Positions 51,981 through 64,000 of a DNA stretch of 64,000 bases are shown here, in pieces. Below the pieces are notes generated by a model, which was not told the DNA's origin, ran no database searches, and worked only from the letters and a program-made list of their open reading frames with translations. Source of the stretch: an uncultured Actinomycetota bacterium (GTDB lineage Bacteria > Actinomycetota > Actinomycetes > JAHEKZ01); the NCBI GenBank assembly GCA_963743915.1, contig CAVURN010000002.1, positions 416,001 to 480,000 of the forward strand, in the 5' to 3' direction. The translations under genes were made by a program, and so were the position numbers. The number at the start of each line of letters is the position of its first letter. Within the stretch, counting starts at the first letter, position 1.

Positions 51981-53946
51981 GTGAACAGTGCCGACCCGCT
52001 GCTGGGACGCCTCGTCGACGGGCGGTACCGCGTCGACGAGCAGATCGCGCGCGGCGGCATGGCGACGGTCTACCGCGCCACCGACACCCGGCTCGACCGC
52101 ACGGTCGCGCTCAAGGTCATGCACCCGTCGTTCGCCGAGGACCCCGACTTCGTGGCCCGGTTCACCCGCGAGGCCCGAGCCGCCGCCCGGCTGTCCAACC
52201 CCCACATCGTCAAGGTGTTCGACCAGGGCCAGGACGGCAGCGTCATCTTCCTGGCGATGGACTACGTGCCGAGTCGCACGCTGCGGGACGTCCTGAGCGA
52301 GCGCGGGACGGCTGTCCGTCCCCGAGGCCCTCACCGTCATCGACCCGGTGCTGCAGGCACTGGCCGCGGCCCACGCCGACAGCGTCGTCCACCGCGACGT
52401 CAAGCCCGAGAACGTCCTGATCGGTGACGACGGGCACGTCTACGTCACCGACTTCGGGCTGGCGCGAGCCACGAACAGCGCCTCCACCCAGCACGCCACG
52501 GCGGGGATGCTGCTGGGGACCGTCGCCTACCTCTCCCCGGAGCAGGTCTCCCCCGGCGTGTCCGACGAGCGCTCCGACGTGTACTCCGCCGGCGTCGTGC
52601 TGTTCGAGATGCTCACCGGCTCCCCGCCGTTCACCGGCACGGAGGCCATCTCGGTGGCCTACCGGCATGTCAACGAGGACGTCCCCGCCCCCTCCAGCGT
52701 CGACGGAGTCAGCGACCTGCTCGACGACGTCGTGCTGCGACGCCACGCGTCGCGATCCGTCCAGCCGGCCGGCGGACGCGTCCGCGATGCTGCGGCAGGT
52801 GCGGGCGGTGCCCCAGCCGGAGATCTCGATCGACCTGCAGCAGACCATGGTCGTCCCGATCCCCGTCGGCGCCGCTGCCGTCCGGCACGACACCGCCGTC
52901 TCGGCGGCCGCGAGCCCCGTGGTCACGGGTTCGGGCCCACCCACGGTCGCCACCCCACCTGCAGACGTCGCGTCGCCTGCCGCTTCAGGCACCCCGCCCG
53001 CGACGCCGCCGCCCAGCGGCCAGGCCCTCGACCCGGCGGCCCACCGCAAGCGCAACCGGCGACGCGGAGTGGTCGCGCTCGTCGTCGTCCTGCTGCTCGC
53101 GATCGGAGCCGGCGCGTTCGCCTGGTGGCTCGGCGAGGGCCGCTACGCGACCGTCCCCCGCGTCACCGGTCTGACGGCCGAGCAGGCCACCAAGCAGCTG
53201 GAGGCCGAGGGGCTCGAGGTCCAGTTCGCACCGGAGGAGTTCAGCGAGATCGTCAAGGCGGGTGAGGTGATCTCCAGCGACCCCGACCAGGGCGCGCAGA
53301 TCTCGTCCGGCGGCACGGTGACGCTGACCGTGTCGAAGGGACCGGAGCGGTACGACGTCCCGAAGGTGGAGGGGCTCGAGCTGGCCGACGCCAAGGACCG
53401 AGATCGCCAAGAGCAACCTGTCGGTGGGCGACGTGACGCGCAAGTTCGACGAGACGGTCGAGGCGGGGCTCGTCGTCAGCAGCAAGCCTGACGGCCGGGC
53501 AGTCCGTGAGCCCCGACACCGGCATCGACCTCGTGGTCAGCAAGGGTCCCCCACCGGTCCCGGTGCCTGACCTGTCCGGGGACACGCTGGTCGACGCGCG
53601 CGCGGCGCTGCGCGACCTCGAGCTCAAGCTCACGCAGAGCGGCGAGGAGTACGACAAGAAGGTGCCGGCGGGTCAGATCATCAGCCAGGACCCGGCGCCC
53701 GGCGCCAACGTGCCCCGCGGTTCGACGATCTCGGTGGTCGTCTCCCTCGGACCGCCACTGGTCACGGTGCCGAACGTGGTCGACATGCCGGTCGACGAGG
53801 CGATCGCCGAGCTCGACAAGGCCGGGTTCGACACCGAGGTGTACGAGCCGTTCGGGATCAGCCCGCTCAACCGGGTCGCATCGCAGGACCCCGAGGGCGG
53901 CACCAAGGCCCCACTGGGGAGCACGGTCCGGCTCGGAATCATCTGA
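51981..53946 (+). CDS. Ser/Thr kinase with PASTA domains (PknL-like); ~4 frameshifts
   Basis: IARGGMATVY, VALK, HRDVKPEN, TDFGLA, YLSPEQ, TM, PASTA repeats; breaks near 52308, 52740, 53395, 53490. Confidence 0.88.
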
Positions 53947-54791
53947 TGGCCCCGCTGCTGGGATGCCACGTCCCCGCCAGCGGCGGCCTCGCCAAGCGTG
54001 CCGTCGGCTACGCCGACGCGGTCGGTGCGGAGTGCGTGCAGGTCTTCGTCACCAACCCCCGCGGATGGGCACCGACCAAGGGTGACCCGGTGCAGGACGC
54101 GGCGTTCCGCGAGATCGCGCAGGCGCGGCTCCCGGCGTTCGTGCACGCGTCCTTCCTGATCAACCTCGGCTCGCCTGACGCGTCGATCGCCGAGAAGTCG
54201 GCGATCTCACTGGCGCACACGCTGGAACGAGCGCGGGCGATCGGCGCGCGCGGTGTCGTCGTGCACACGGGGTCGGCAGTGACGGCGGGGCGCTACGCGG
54301 AGGCGATGGAGCAGACGCGTCAGCTGCTCTTCCGCATCTTCGACGCGCTGCCCGAGGACGCGCCGCCGGTGCTGCTCGAGCCGACCGCGGGCCAGGGACA
54401 GTCGTTGTGCTCCACGCTCGACGAGCTCGACGAGTACCTGCACCGGCTCGAGCACCACCCCCGCCTCGGCCTTTGCCTCGACACCTGCCACTCCTTCGCC
54501 GCCGGCCACGACCTGGCGGCCGACGGCGGCATGAACGACTTCCTCGACCACCTCGAGAAGGTGCGTGACGGCGTCCCGGTGGGCCTGATCCACCTCAACG
54601 ACTCGAAGGACGTCGTCGGCGCCAGGAAGGACCGCCACGCCGCCGTCGGCGAGGGCCACATCGGCGTCGCACCGTTCCGCGACCTGCTCGCCCACCCGTC
54701 CATGCGCGAGGTGCCCATGGTGCTCGAGACCCCCGGCAAGGAACCCGAGCACACCGCGGAGCTGACCCTCCTGAAGTCCCTCCGCCCCTGA
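53946..54791 (+). CDS. nfo: Endonuclease IV
   Basis: VHASFLINL, VVHTGS, LEPTAGQG, CLDTCH, HLNDSK, DRH, LETP. Confidence 0.92.
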   Translation: MAPLLGCHVPASGGLAKRAVGYADAVGAECVQVFVTNPRGWAPTKGDPVQDAAFREIAQARLPAFVHASFLINLGSPDASIAEKSAISLAHTLERARAIGARGVVVHTGSAVTAGRYAEAMEQTRQLLFRIFDALPEDAPPVLLEPTAGQGQSLCSTLDELDEYLHRLEHHPRLGLCLDTCHSFAAGHDLAADGGMNDFLDHLEKVRDGVPVGLIHLNDSKDVVGARKDRHAAVGEGHIGVAPFRDLLAHPSMREVPMVLETPGKEPEHTAELTLLKSLRP

Positions 54792-54835
54792 CCCCCTTGT
54801 GGGTGCGGTGTGACACCGATCCCGTTGATCGAAGG

Positions 54836-55022
54836 GATCGCCGCACCCATGGCCGGACGCGGTGCGGCTCGTCTCCTGAGGCGCCCTTCTCACTCGCCCC
54901 TCCTGCACTCGCTCTCCGAGTGGCGCAGAACGGGGCACTCCGTGGTCCCCATCTGCCCGGTTCCGCGTCACTCGACAGCACCCTGCGGGTGATCGCTGCA
55001 CCCATGGCCGGACGCGGTGCGG
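54836..55022 (+). repeat. 32-bp direct repeats (54836-54867, 54991-55022) flanking REP-like copy 2 (54917-54974)
   Basis: GATCGC(C/T)GCACCCATGGCCGGACGCGGTGCGG, one mismatch. Confidence 0.8.
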
Positions 55023-55035
55023 TACCCTCCTCCGC

Positions 55036-55107
55036 ATGGCACGCAGCGCGTACTACTACTGGTTTACCGACGGGGCCTTCCCGCTCGGTAGCCGACGCAC
55101 CCGCTGA
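55036..55107 (+). CDS. Attenuator leader peptide MARSAYYYWFTDGAFPLGSRRTR
   Basis: TAC TAC TAC TGG TTT run; -10 TACCCT 7 nt before the ATG (leaderless); upstream of a DAHP synthase. Confidence 0.8.
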   Translation: MARSAYYYWFTDGAFPLGSRRTR

Positions 55108-55127
55108 CGCCACCCCGCGCGAACCAC

Positions 55128-55153
55128 AAGGCCCCGTACCCCGGGGCCTTTTT
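55128..55153 (+). terminator. Attenuator intrinsic terminator
   Basis: AAGGCCCCG-taccc-CGGGGCCTT followed by TTT; 5' arm is also complementary to 55070-55079. Confidence 0.85.
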
Positions 55154-55194
55154 CGTGCCTTCCCCGCAGCAGAGCAGAGATTGAGGAGCAGACG

Positions 55195-56226
55195 ATGGTC
55201 GTGGTGATGGGAACCGAAGCCACCGACGAACAGGTCGAGGCCGTGGTCACGCGGGTCACGGACGCGGGCGGCGACGCCTTCGTCAGCCGCGGGGTCAGCC
55301 GCACGATCATCGGCCTCGTCGGAGACATCGACCAGTTCCAGTCGCTGGACCTGCGCGGCATGCCTGGCGTCTCGGACGTCATGCGCATCTCGTCGCCCTA
55401 CAAGCTGGTGAGCCGCCAGCACCACCCGGAGATGTCGACGGTGTTCGTCGGCGACGCCCGCGTCCCGATCGGCCCGGACACCTTCACCCTGGCGGCCGGC
55501 CCCTGTGCCGTCGAGACCCCGGAGCAGACGCTCGAGGCGGCCCGGATGGCTCAGGCCGCAGGCGCCACGCTGCTGCGCGGCGGCGCCTACAAACCGCGAA
55601 CGTCGCCGTACGCGTTCCAGGGACTCGGCGAGAAGGGACTGCGCATCCTTGCCGACGTCCGCTCCGAGACGGGGCTCCCCGTGGTGACCGAGGTGGTGGA
55701 CGCGCACGACGTCGAGCTGGTGGCGTCGTACGCGGACATGCTGCAGATCGGAACCCGCAACGCGCAGAACTTCGCACTGCTCCAGGCCGCCGGCGAGGTG
55801 GGCAAGCCCGTGCTGCTCAAGCGGGGAATGACGGCGACGATCGAGGAGTGGCTGATGGCGGCGGAGTACATCGCCCAGCGCGGGAACCTGGACATCGTCC
55901 TGTGCGAGCGAGGCATCCGGACGTTCGAGTCGGCGACGCGCAACACCTTGGACGTCAGCGCGGTGCCGGTCGCACATGGCCTCTCGCACCTGCCGGTGAT
56001 GGTCGACCCGTCGCACAGCGGTGGTCGCCGCGAGCTGGTGGTGCCGCTCTCACGCGCGGCGATCGCCGTCGGAGCCGACGGGCTGCTGGTCGACGTCCAC
56101 CCGCACCCGGAGACGGCGCTGGTGGACGGCCCGCAGGCGCTGGTGAACGGCGACCTGCGCGCGCTCGCGCAAGCCGTCCGGCAGCTGCCCCCGATCTTCG
56201 GACGGCGCCCCGCTGACGAAGCCTGA
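55195..56226 (+). CDS. aroF: DAHP synthase type I-beta with N-terminal ferredoxin/ACT-like regulatory domain
   Basis: AGPCAVE, RGGAYKPRTSPY, QIGTRN, LKRG, CERGIRTF, DPSH, SDG-like VDGPQ. Confidence 0.9.
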   Translation: MVVVMGTEATDEQVEAVVTRVTDAGGDAFVSRGVSRTIIGLVGDIDQFQSLDLRGMPGVSDVMRISSPYKLVSRQHHPEMSTVFVGDARVPIGPDTFTLAAGPCAVETPEQTLEAARMAQAAGATLLRGGAYKPRTSPYAFQGLGEKGLRILADVRSETGLPVVTEVVDAHDVELVASYADMLQIGTRNAQNFALLQAAGEVGKPVLLKRGMTATIEEWLMAAEYIAQRGNLDIVLCERGIRTFESATRNTLDVSAVPVAHGLSHLPVMVDPSHSGGRRELVVPLSRAAIAVGADGLLVDVHPHPETALVDGPQALVNGDLRALAQAVRQLPPIFGRRPADEA

Positions 56227-56241
56227 TCACGCCTGGGCGAG

Positions 56242-56738
56242 TCAGCCCAACGGTTCGGCCGACGCCCTCGTGCGCCAGCAGCCACCGCTTCACCGGCAGC
56301 CCGTAGGCGTAGCCACCGAGCGCCCCGTCCGACCGCACCACCCGGTGGCACGGCACGAAGGGTGCCAGCAGGTTTCGGGCGCAGGCCGTCCCGGCCGCGC
56401 GCGTCGCGGTCGGACGCCCCGCCTTGGTCGCCAGCTCGGCGTAGCTCCACGTCTGGCCCGGCGGTATCTGCCGCATCGCGAGCCAGACCTCGTGCTGGAA
56501 GGCGCCACCGGGTTGGCTCACCGCGACGGAGTCAAGCGCCTCCGCGTCGCCGGCGAGGTACGCGCGGACCGCGTCGGCCACCACGCCGGACGCCGCGGAC
56601 GCGCTCGACCTGCTCGCCGGGCAGCCGCGCCACGAGATCGTCCAGCCCGGTGAATCCCGACGCCACCACCGTGTCACCGTCGACGACGACGCTCCACGGC
56701 GCCACCGGCGTCTCGATCGTCCATCCCTGCAGGCTCAT
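56242..56738 (-). CDS. ogt: O6-methylguanine-DNA methyltransferase; frameshift near 56590, end uncertain
   Basis: FQHEVW, IPPG..SY.ELA, RAAGTAC..N, PCHRV, LGGY. Confidence 0.85.
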
Positions 56739-58187
56739 GCCTTCTCCTCAGCGTGTTGGGTCCACCAGTGCATCGCCGCGTACGCCCGCCACGGGCGCAG
56801 CGTCTCGACGTCGTGATCTCTCGCCACGCGCGCCAGCACCAGGTCGGTGCCGGGCCACGCGTCGGGGTCGGCGAGCGCTCGCATCGCCACGTACTCCGCC
56901 GTCCAGGGTCCGATTCCGGGCAGGCGCGTCAGTCTTCGTCGGGCCTCGAGCAGGTCGTCGCCGGGGGCGAGCAGCAGCTCGCCGGACGTCGTCGCCTCCG
57001 CCGCGGCTCGCAGGCACGCCGCGCGGCGTCCGGTCAGCCCGAGCCCGGCGAGGTCGGCGTCGACCAGCGCCTCCGCCGACGGGAACGCTCGCGTGACGGT
57101 GCCGCGCGCGACGTCGAGCGGCGCCCCCAACCGCTCGACCAGACGCCCCAGCAGGGTCCTCGCGCCCGCGACGGAGATCTGCTGACCGACGATCGCGCGG
57201 ACCAGCAACTCCCAGCCGCTGGCGGCACCGGCGACCCGCAAGCCCGGACGGCGCCGCACGAGCTCCGAGGTCACGCCGGACGCCCCGAGCACCGCCTCGA
57301 TCGCCTCGATGTCGGCAGCGAGGTCGCACAGTCGCCGCACGGTCACCATCGCCGGACCGACCGCCGCGAGGTCGGACGCCACCACCTGCACGTGCACGGC
57401 GTCCTCGCCTGCCTGCAGCGTGATCAGCGCGGGACCGTGCGACGTCGTCAGCGCGCGGGTGTACGTCTCGCCCTCGTACCACTCGAGTCCAGGGACGGCG
57501 CGCGCTCCCAGGAAGCCCGAGCAGACGCCGACCGTCCCATGGCTGGGTCACCGGCAGTCGTAGCGCCACGGAACCGGCCTCGGCGGGCCGGTCCGGGCGG
57601 GCGGGGTGACGCCGGAGCGCCGACGGGCTCGCCCCGTACTCGGCGCGCATGACGTCGTTGAACTGACGAAGGCTGCCGAACCCGGACGCGAACGCGACCT
57701 CGGTGACCGACAGCGGTGTCTGTTCCAGCAGGGTGCGCGCCGCCTGAGCGCGTCGCGCCTGAGCCAGGGCGAGGGCGCCGGCACCCACTGATGTGACGAG
57801 CAGGCGGTGCAGGTGACGCTCGCTGACCGCGAGACGCTCCGCCAGACCTGCGACACCGACCTCGTCCACCGTTCCCTGCGCGATCAGCGTGAGTGCGCGG
57901 TCGACGAGTCCGGTGTCATCGGCGATGTGTGGCCGGGTGGCCACCCGATCCGGGCGGCAGCGTCGGCAGGCACGGAACCCCGCGGCGACGGCGGCGGCGG
58001 GGACGACGAAGTAGCGGACGTTCTCCGGTCGGGGCGTCCGGGCCGGGCACGAGGGCCGGCAGTAGATCCCCGTCGACGTCACGCCGAGCACGAACCGACC
58101 GTCGAACCGGCGGTCGCGCGCGCTGACGGCGCGGTAGAGGGCGTCGGCGTCGAGGCCGGGGACCGCCGTCGTCGGTGCTGGACTCAT
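56735..58187 (-). CDS. alkA: AdaA-AlkA fusion (Zn sensor, AraC HTH, 3-meA glycosylase); frameshift near 57520
   Basis: GIYCRPSC...GFRACRRC, AFASGFGSLRQFN, IVGQQIS, HhH LPGIGPWTA. Confidence 0.88.
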
Positions 58188-58296
58188 GCGCCCATCCAAC
58201 CCCGCCGCGTCGGCTGCGACTAGCGGAATTCGGACACCGCGGTCCACCGGATGAGGGTGGGGGTGGTTGCACCAGTGCGGTGCGTCGTTCCTGGGA

Positions 58297-59682
<1,386 letters not shown>

Positions 59683-59687
59683 TCATG

Positions 59688-60712
59688 TCAGCCGAAGAGC
59701 GCCTGGCCTCGGCGTACAGCTCAGGTGGCACGGTGCTCAGCTCGGCGACAGCGTCCGCCAGCGGCACCAGCACGATGTCGTTGCCGCGCAGAGCGACCAT
59801 CTGCCCGAAGCTGCCGTCGTGGACGGCGTCCACCGCGTGCAGGCCGAATCGCGTCGCCAGCACGCGGTCGCGCGCGGTCGGCGTCCCACCCCGCTGCACG
59901 TAGCCGAGCACCGTGGTGCGGGCCTCGTGCCCGGTGCGCTGCTCCAGCTCACGGGCGAGCCAGTCTCCGATGCCGGACAGCCGCACGTGCCCGAAGGCAT
60001 CGGTGCCCGACGAGGCGAGCACCATGTCCCCGCCCTTGGGAACGGCGCCCTCGGCGACCACGACGATGGGTGCGAAGCCACGGTCGAAGCGCGACTTGAT
60101 CCAGCCGGCCACCTCGTCGAGGTCGAACGGCTCCTCGGGGATCAAGATGACGTTGGCCCCACCCGCCATGCCCGAGTGCAGCGCGATCCAGCCCGCGTGG
60201 CGTCCCATGACCTCGAGCACCAGGACCCGCTTGTGCGACTCGGCTGTGGTGTGCAGACGGTCGATTGCGTCGGTCGCGGTCTGCACGGCGGTGTCGAACC
60301 CGAACGTGACGTCAGTCGCCGCCAGGTCGTTGTCGATGGTCTTCGGGACGCCGACGACCGGGACACCCGCGTCCGCCAGCTTGGCGGCCACCCCGAGCGT
60401 GTCCTCACCGCCGATGGCAATCAGTGCCTCGACCCCGAGCTTGGCGAGGTTGTCGCGCACAAGGTCGAGCCCGTGCTCCTCCTTCAGCGGGTTGGTACGG
60501 CTCGACCCGAGGATCGTGCCTCCGCGCGGAAGGATCCCGCGGACCGCAGCGACGTCCAACGGACGCGTCGCCCCGATCAGTGGGCCACGCCACCCATCGG
60601 CAAACCCGACGAAGTCCATGCCGTGGCTGGCGGTGCCGTGACGGACGACCGCTCGGATGACGCCGTTGAGGCCCGGAGCATCGCCCCCGCCGGTCAGCAC
60701 TCCTACCCGCAT
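59688..60712 (-). CDS. pfkA: 6-phosphofructokinase; probable frameshift in the last codons
   Basis: LTGGGDAPGLN, GGTILGSSR, IGGEDT, PKTIDND, EVMGR, QRGG. Confidence 0.93.
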
Positions 60713-60806
60713 CACAACTCCTCGTCCGTCGGCCGTCCGGTCTGTGCCCACGCGATCGTCGTGCGACACCGCGCCGGGCCACGCGTCCTACCCTATGGTT
60801 TCGCGC

Positions 60807-62285
60807 ATGGCCGTCCTGGTGATCGACGCAGGGACCACCGGCGTGACGGCCCTCGTCGTCGGGCCCGACACCGAAGTGCTGTCCCGCGGCTATCGCGAGT
60901 TCACCCAGCATTTCCCTCAGCCCGGGTGGGTGGAGCACCGACCGGACGAGATCTGGGCGGCGACGCGCGAGGCAGCGCGGGACGCGCTCGACGCCAGCCC
61001 GCTGCCACCGACCTGCGTCGGGATCACCAACCAGCGCGAGACCGTCGTGCTCTGGGACCGGGACACCCTCGGATCACCGCGGCCGGCCATCGTCTGGCAG
61101 GACCGGCGCACCGCGGGACTGTGCGAGCAGCTGCGGCAGGACGGCCACGAGCCGCGCGTCCGAGAGCTCACCGGCCTTCGGCTCGACCCCTACTTCTCGG
61201 CAACCAAGCTCGCCTGGATCCGCTCCAACGAGGAACACACCTGGGCCGGTGTGGCAGCCGGCCGCACTGCCATCGGAACCGTCGACGCCTACCTCGTCGC
61301 GCGCATGAGTCGGGGCACCCACCACGTGACGGACGCGTCCAACGCGTCCCGCACCCTGCTCTTCGACATCCACAGCGGCGAGTGGTCCCCCGAGCTCTGC
61401 GCGCTGTTCGGCGTCCCGAAGGATGCCCTGCCGGAGGTCGTCCCGTCGTACGGAGAGCTCGGACGCACCGACCCGACCTGCTTCCTCGGGCTCGACCTGC
61501 CCATCACCGGCATCGCCGGCGACCAGCAGGCAGCCTTGGTCGGCCAGTGCGCCTTCGAACGAGGTGACGCCAAGTGCACGTACGGCACCGGGTCGTTCGT
61601 GCTCGTCAACACCGGCTCGGACGCGGTCAGCTCGCACGCCGGCCTGCTGACGACCGTCGCCTTCGGCTCGCCGGACGGCCGGCTCACCTACGCCCTGGAG
61701 GGATCGGTCTTCGTGACGGGTGCCGCCATCCAGTGGTTGCGGGACGGTCTCGGGCTTATCGCCGACGCACGCGAGGTCAATGACCTCGCCTCCACCGTGC
61801 CGGACGCCGGAGGCGTCGTCTTCGTGCCCGCACTGGCCGGACTCGGCGCTCCTGACTGGGACCCGGCGGCCCGCGGAGCCATCGTCGGCATCACCCGCGG
61901 CACCACCGGCGGCCACCTCGCGCGTGCCACCTTGGACGCGATCGCCTTCCAGGTGCGCGACGTGGTCGACCTCATGTGCGCCGAGACCTCGCTGTCCCTG
62001 CCGAGCCTGGCGGTCGACGGTGGCGCCGCAGCCAGCGATCTGCTCTGCCAGCTGCAGGCCGATCAGCTCGGTGTCCCGGTGGAGCGCCCCGCGGTGATCG
62101 AGACAACTGCGCTCGGCGCCGCTTTCCTGGCCGGGCTGGGAGCCGGGCTCTGGGCGTCCCGCGACGACCTGCGCAACACCCGCGTGGTGGAACGGACGTT
62201 CACCCCTGGTCCGCGTGACGCGGGGGCCCACCGTCTCTGGCGGGCCGCGGTGGAGCGGTCGAAGGGTTGGGCCCTCGAGAGCTGA
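60807..62285 (+). CDS. glpK: Glycerol kinase
   Basis: DAGTTG, GITNQRET, VWQDRRT, YFSATK, TDASNASRT, GDQQAAL, KCTYGTG. Confidence 0.92.
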   Translation: MAVLVIDAGTTGVTALVVGPDTEVLSRGYREFTQHFPQPGWVEHRPDEIWAATREAARDALDASPLPPTCVGITNQRETVVLWDRDTLGSPRPAIVWQDRRTAGLCEQLRQDGHEPRVRELTGLRLDPYFSATKLAWIRSNEEHTWAGVAAGRTAIGTVDAYLVARMSRGTHHVTDASNASRTLLFDIHSGEWSPELCALFGVPKDALPEVVPSYGELGRTDPTCFLGLDLPITGIAGDQQAALVGQCAFERGDAKCTYGTGSFVLVNTGSDAVSSHAGLLTTVAFGSPDGRLTYALEGSVFVTGAAIQWLRDGLGLIADAREVNDLASTVPDAGGVVFVPALAGLGAPDWDPAARGAIVGITRGTTGGHLARATLDAIAFQVRDVVDLMCAETSLSLPSLAVDGGAAASDLLCQLQADQLGVPVERPAVIETTALGAAFLAGLGAGLWASRDDLRNTRVVERTFTPGPRDAGAHRLWRAAVERSKGWALES

Positions 62286-62301
62286 CCCGCCCCCTGCCAG
62301 G

Positions 62302-62375
62302 CGGTGATCGCAGTGGTTCAGTCACCAGGAGACTCAATTGGATACCTCAAAACGACTGAAACGCTCCGATCACCG
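62302..62375. repeat. Interrupted inverted repeat between convergent genes
   Basis: CGGTGATCG...TTCAGTC...GACTGAA...CGATCACCG around an AT-rich loop. Confidence 0.55.
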
Positions 62376-62390
62376 GCACTCGCCGGGCCG

Positions 62391-62870
62391 TCAGTCGAGG
62401 GCGCCGAAGTAGCGGTAGGCGTCCTTCGTCTCACGCAGAACCGTGATGACGTCGAGCGCGTCCAGGCCCGGAATCTTGCGCAGCCCCTCGCTGACCAGCT
62501 CGAGCACGTGGTCGTCGTCGCGGCACGCGGCCATGAGCACCATGTCGTATCCGCCGGTGCTCACCGCCACGTAGTCGACCTCGGGGAACGCCCGGATCGC
62601 CTTCTCGACGACCGACACCGGACGCCCGCGCACCTGCACGCCGATCACCAGTCGCCGCATGCCGAGCCGCGACGGGTTGATCACCGCGACGATCTGCACG
62701 ACCCCGAGCCGCTGCAGCCGCGCGACACGCTGACGCACCGTCCCCTCGGCCAGCCCGAGCGAGCGAGCGATCTCGGTGTACGGACGGCGGCCGTCCTCCT
62801 GCAGTGCGGTGATGATCGCGACGTCGACGTCGTCGACCTGCGAGACGGACGCCTCGCCCTCTGCGGTCAC
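62391..62870 (-). CDS. Lrp/AsnC-family regulator
   Basis: DDVDVAIITALQEDGRRPYTEIA...TVRQRV, STGGYD; GTGA overlap with the upstream gene. Confidence 0.9.
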   Translation of the reverse strand: MTAEGEASVSQVDDVDVAIITALQEDGRRPYTEIARSLGLAEGTVRQRVARLQRLGVVQIVAVINPSRLGMRRLVIGVQVRGRPVSVVEKAIRAFPEVDYVAVSTGGYDMVLMAACRDDDHVLELVSEGLRKIPGLDALDVITVLRETKDAYRYFGALD

Positions 62871-64000
62871 CGCACCGACTCGGCCACCGTGTCGAGGACG
62901 TGTCCCTCTGCCGGTGGGTTCGCCGCGACCTCCTCGACCGCCTCGATGATGCGGTGGCAGCTGTCGCGGAAGAACTCCGGCGGCATGGTGAGCGCGGGCT
63001 GCAGCCGGTAGTGCCACTTGCCGCGCTGCGTGATGCCGAGGACGCCGCGCTTGAGCGCGGCCTCGTAGACCGCGTACTGGAACGCAGGAGCCGGCGCGAT
63101 GGTCTCCTTGTCGGTCACGAACTCAAGGGCGGCCAGGGCTCCGAAGGCACGGGCGTCGCCGACCTGCGGGATGCGCTCCTTCAGCGGCGTCATCTCCTCC
63201 AGGAAGATGCGCTCCAGCTCGCGCACGTTCTCGAGGACGCCCTCCTCCTGGATGATCTTGATCCCCTCGATGGCGGCTGCGGCTGCAGCGGGCACGAAGC
63301 CGTAGGTGCTGCCCAGGTGCAGCTCGGTGTTGGCCAGCACCTCGTCCGTGCCGAGGATCGCGGCGATCGGCTGGCCCCCAGCGGCGAACGCCTTGCCCAG
63401 CAGCAGCAGGTCGGCGTCGATGTTGTCCCACAGCTCGATGGCGAACATCTCCCCGCATCGGCCCATGCAGGTCTGCACCTCGTCGACGCAGAGCAGCCAG
63501 CCCCACTTCTTGCAGATCGCGCCGAGGCGGTCCCAGAACGCCTGGCTGGGACCGTGGATACCGCCCTCGCCCAGCACCGGCTCGATCATCACGCCCGCCA
63601 CCTGGCTCGGGTGGACCTGCTGCACCAGCAGGTAGTCCTCGAGGTAGTCGAGCACCATCGTGTCGTCGAAGGGGCCGGGGCCCTTGAGGAACGGCGACCG
63701 GAACCGGTTCGGGTAGGGGATCGTGACGACGCCGGCGACGTACTGCATGCTGCCGACGGTCACGTTCGACAGGTCGCTGCTCGTCACCGCCGTCAGGTAC
63801 GTCGACTCTCCGTGGTACTGCCCACCGAAGGTGAGGATCATCGGACGCCCCGTGGCCTCACGCATCAGCTTGACCGCACCCTCGACGGCGAGTGTGCCGG
63901 TGACCGAGTACTCGGTCCGCGTGATGCGGCCAGGCGCGATCTCACCGAGAACCTCGGTCAGCTCGAGCACCGGAGTGTTCTGGATCCACCCGCTGATCTG
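62867..64000 (-). CDS. Class III PLP aminotransferase (5' end outside window)
   Basis: TG..AVEGAVK, YHG, IEPVLGEGG, DEVQT, GKA, HLGSTY. Confidence 0.88.
   Translation of the reverse strand, partial: QISGWIQNTPVLELTEVLGEIAPGRITRTEYSVTGTLAVEGAVKLMREATGRPMILTFGGQYHGESTYLTAVTSSDLSNVTVGSMQYVAGVVTIPYPNRFRSPFLKGPGPFDDTMVLDYLEDYLLVQQVHPSQVAGVMIEPVLGEGGIHGPSQAFWDRLGAICKKWGWLLCVDEVQTCMGRCGEMFAIELWDNIDADLLLLGKAFAAGGQPIAAILGTDEVLANTELHLGSTYGFVPAAAAAAIEGIKIIQEEGVLENVRELERIFLEEMTPLKERIPQVGDARAFGALAALEFVTDKETIAPAPAFQYAVYEAALKRGVLGITQRGKWHYRLQPALTMPPEFFRDSCHRIIEAVEEVAANPPAEGHVLDTVAESVR

Noticed and set aside
58217-58236. Possible Ada box upstream of alkA
   Set aside because: Position is plausible, but I cannot match it to a verified consensus from the sequence alone.

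Overview
High-GC actinobacterial (Actinomycetota) core chromosomal region, with no rRNA, tRNA, CRISPR or intact mobile element seen. In order it holds: an aldo/keto reductase; a broken DUF222-HNH gene; rluD-lspA-ddbA(histone-like DksA)-DUF167; T-box-controlled ileS; the dcw cluster on the minus strand (mraZ to divIVA, lacking pgeF); a MoxR-DUF58-transglutaminase triad; a LexA-controlled cassette (DUF6504, SAV_6107 HEPN, dnaE2, dinB); a glycosylated-carotenoid cluster interrupted by a decarboxylase and an orphan barstar; Rv2175c-like/PknL/nfo; two unrelated DAHP synthases flanking ada-alkA/ogt; pfkA; glpK; and an Lrp-aminotransferase pair. Many genes, several essential, carry single-base frameshifts that are most likely assembly errors. 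The best leads are: (1) an unannotated leaderless leader peptide with a Tyr-Tyr-Tyr-Trp-Phe run and a clean antiterminator/terminator switch upstream of a type I-beta DAHP synthase; (2) a MurC with a remodelled amino-acid pocket together with loss of the editing factor pgeF, suggesting a non-L-Ala first stem-peptide residue; (3) an imuA/imuB-less SOS mutasome cassette; (4) a small membrane ORF inside the dcw operon. All family assignments come from motif recognition, not database searches.
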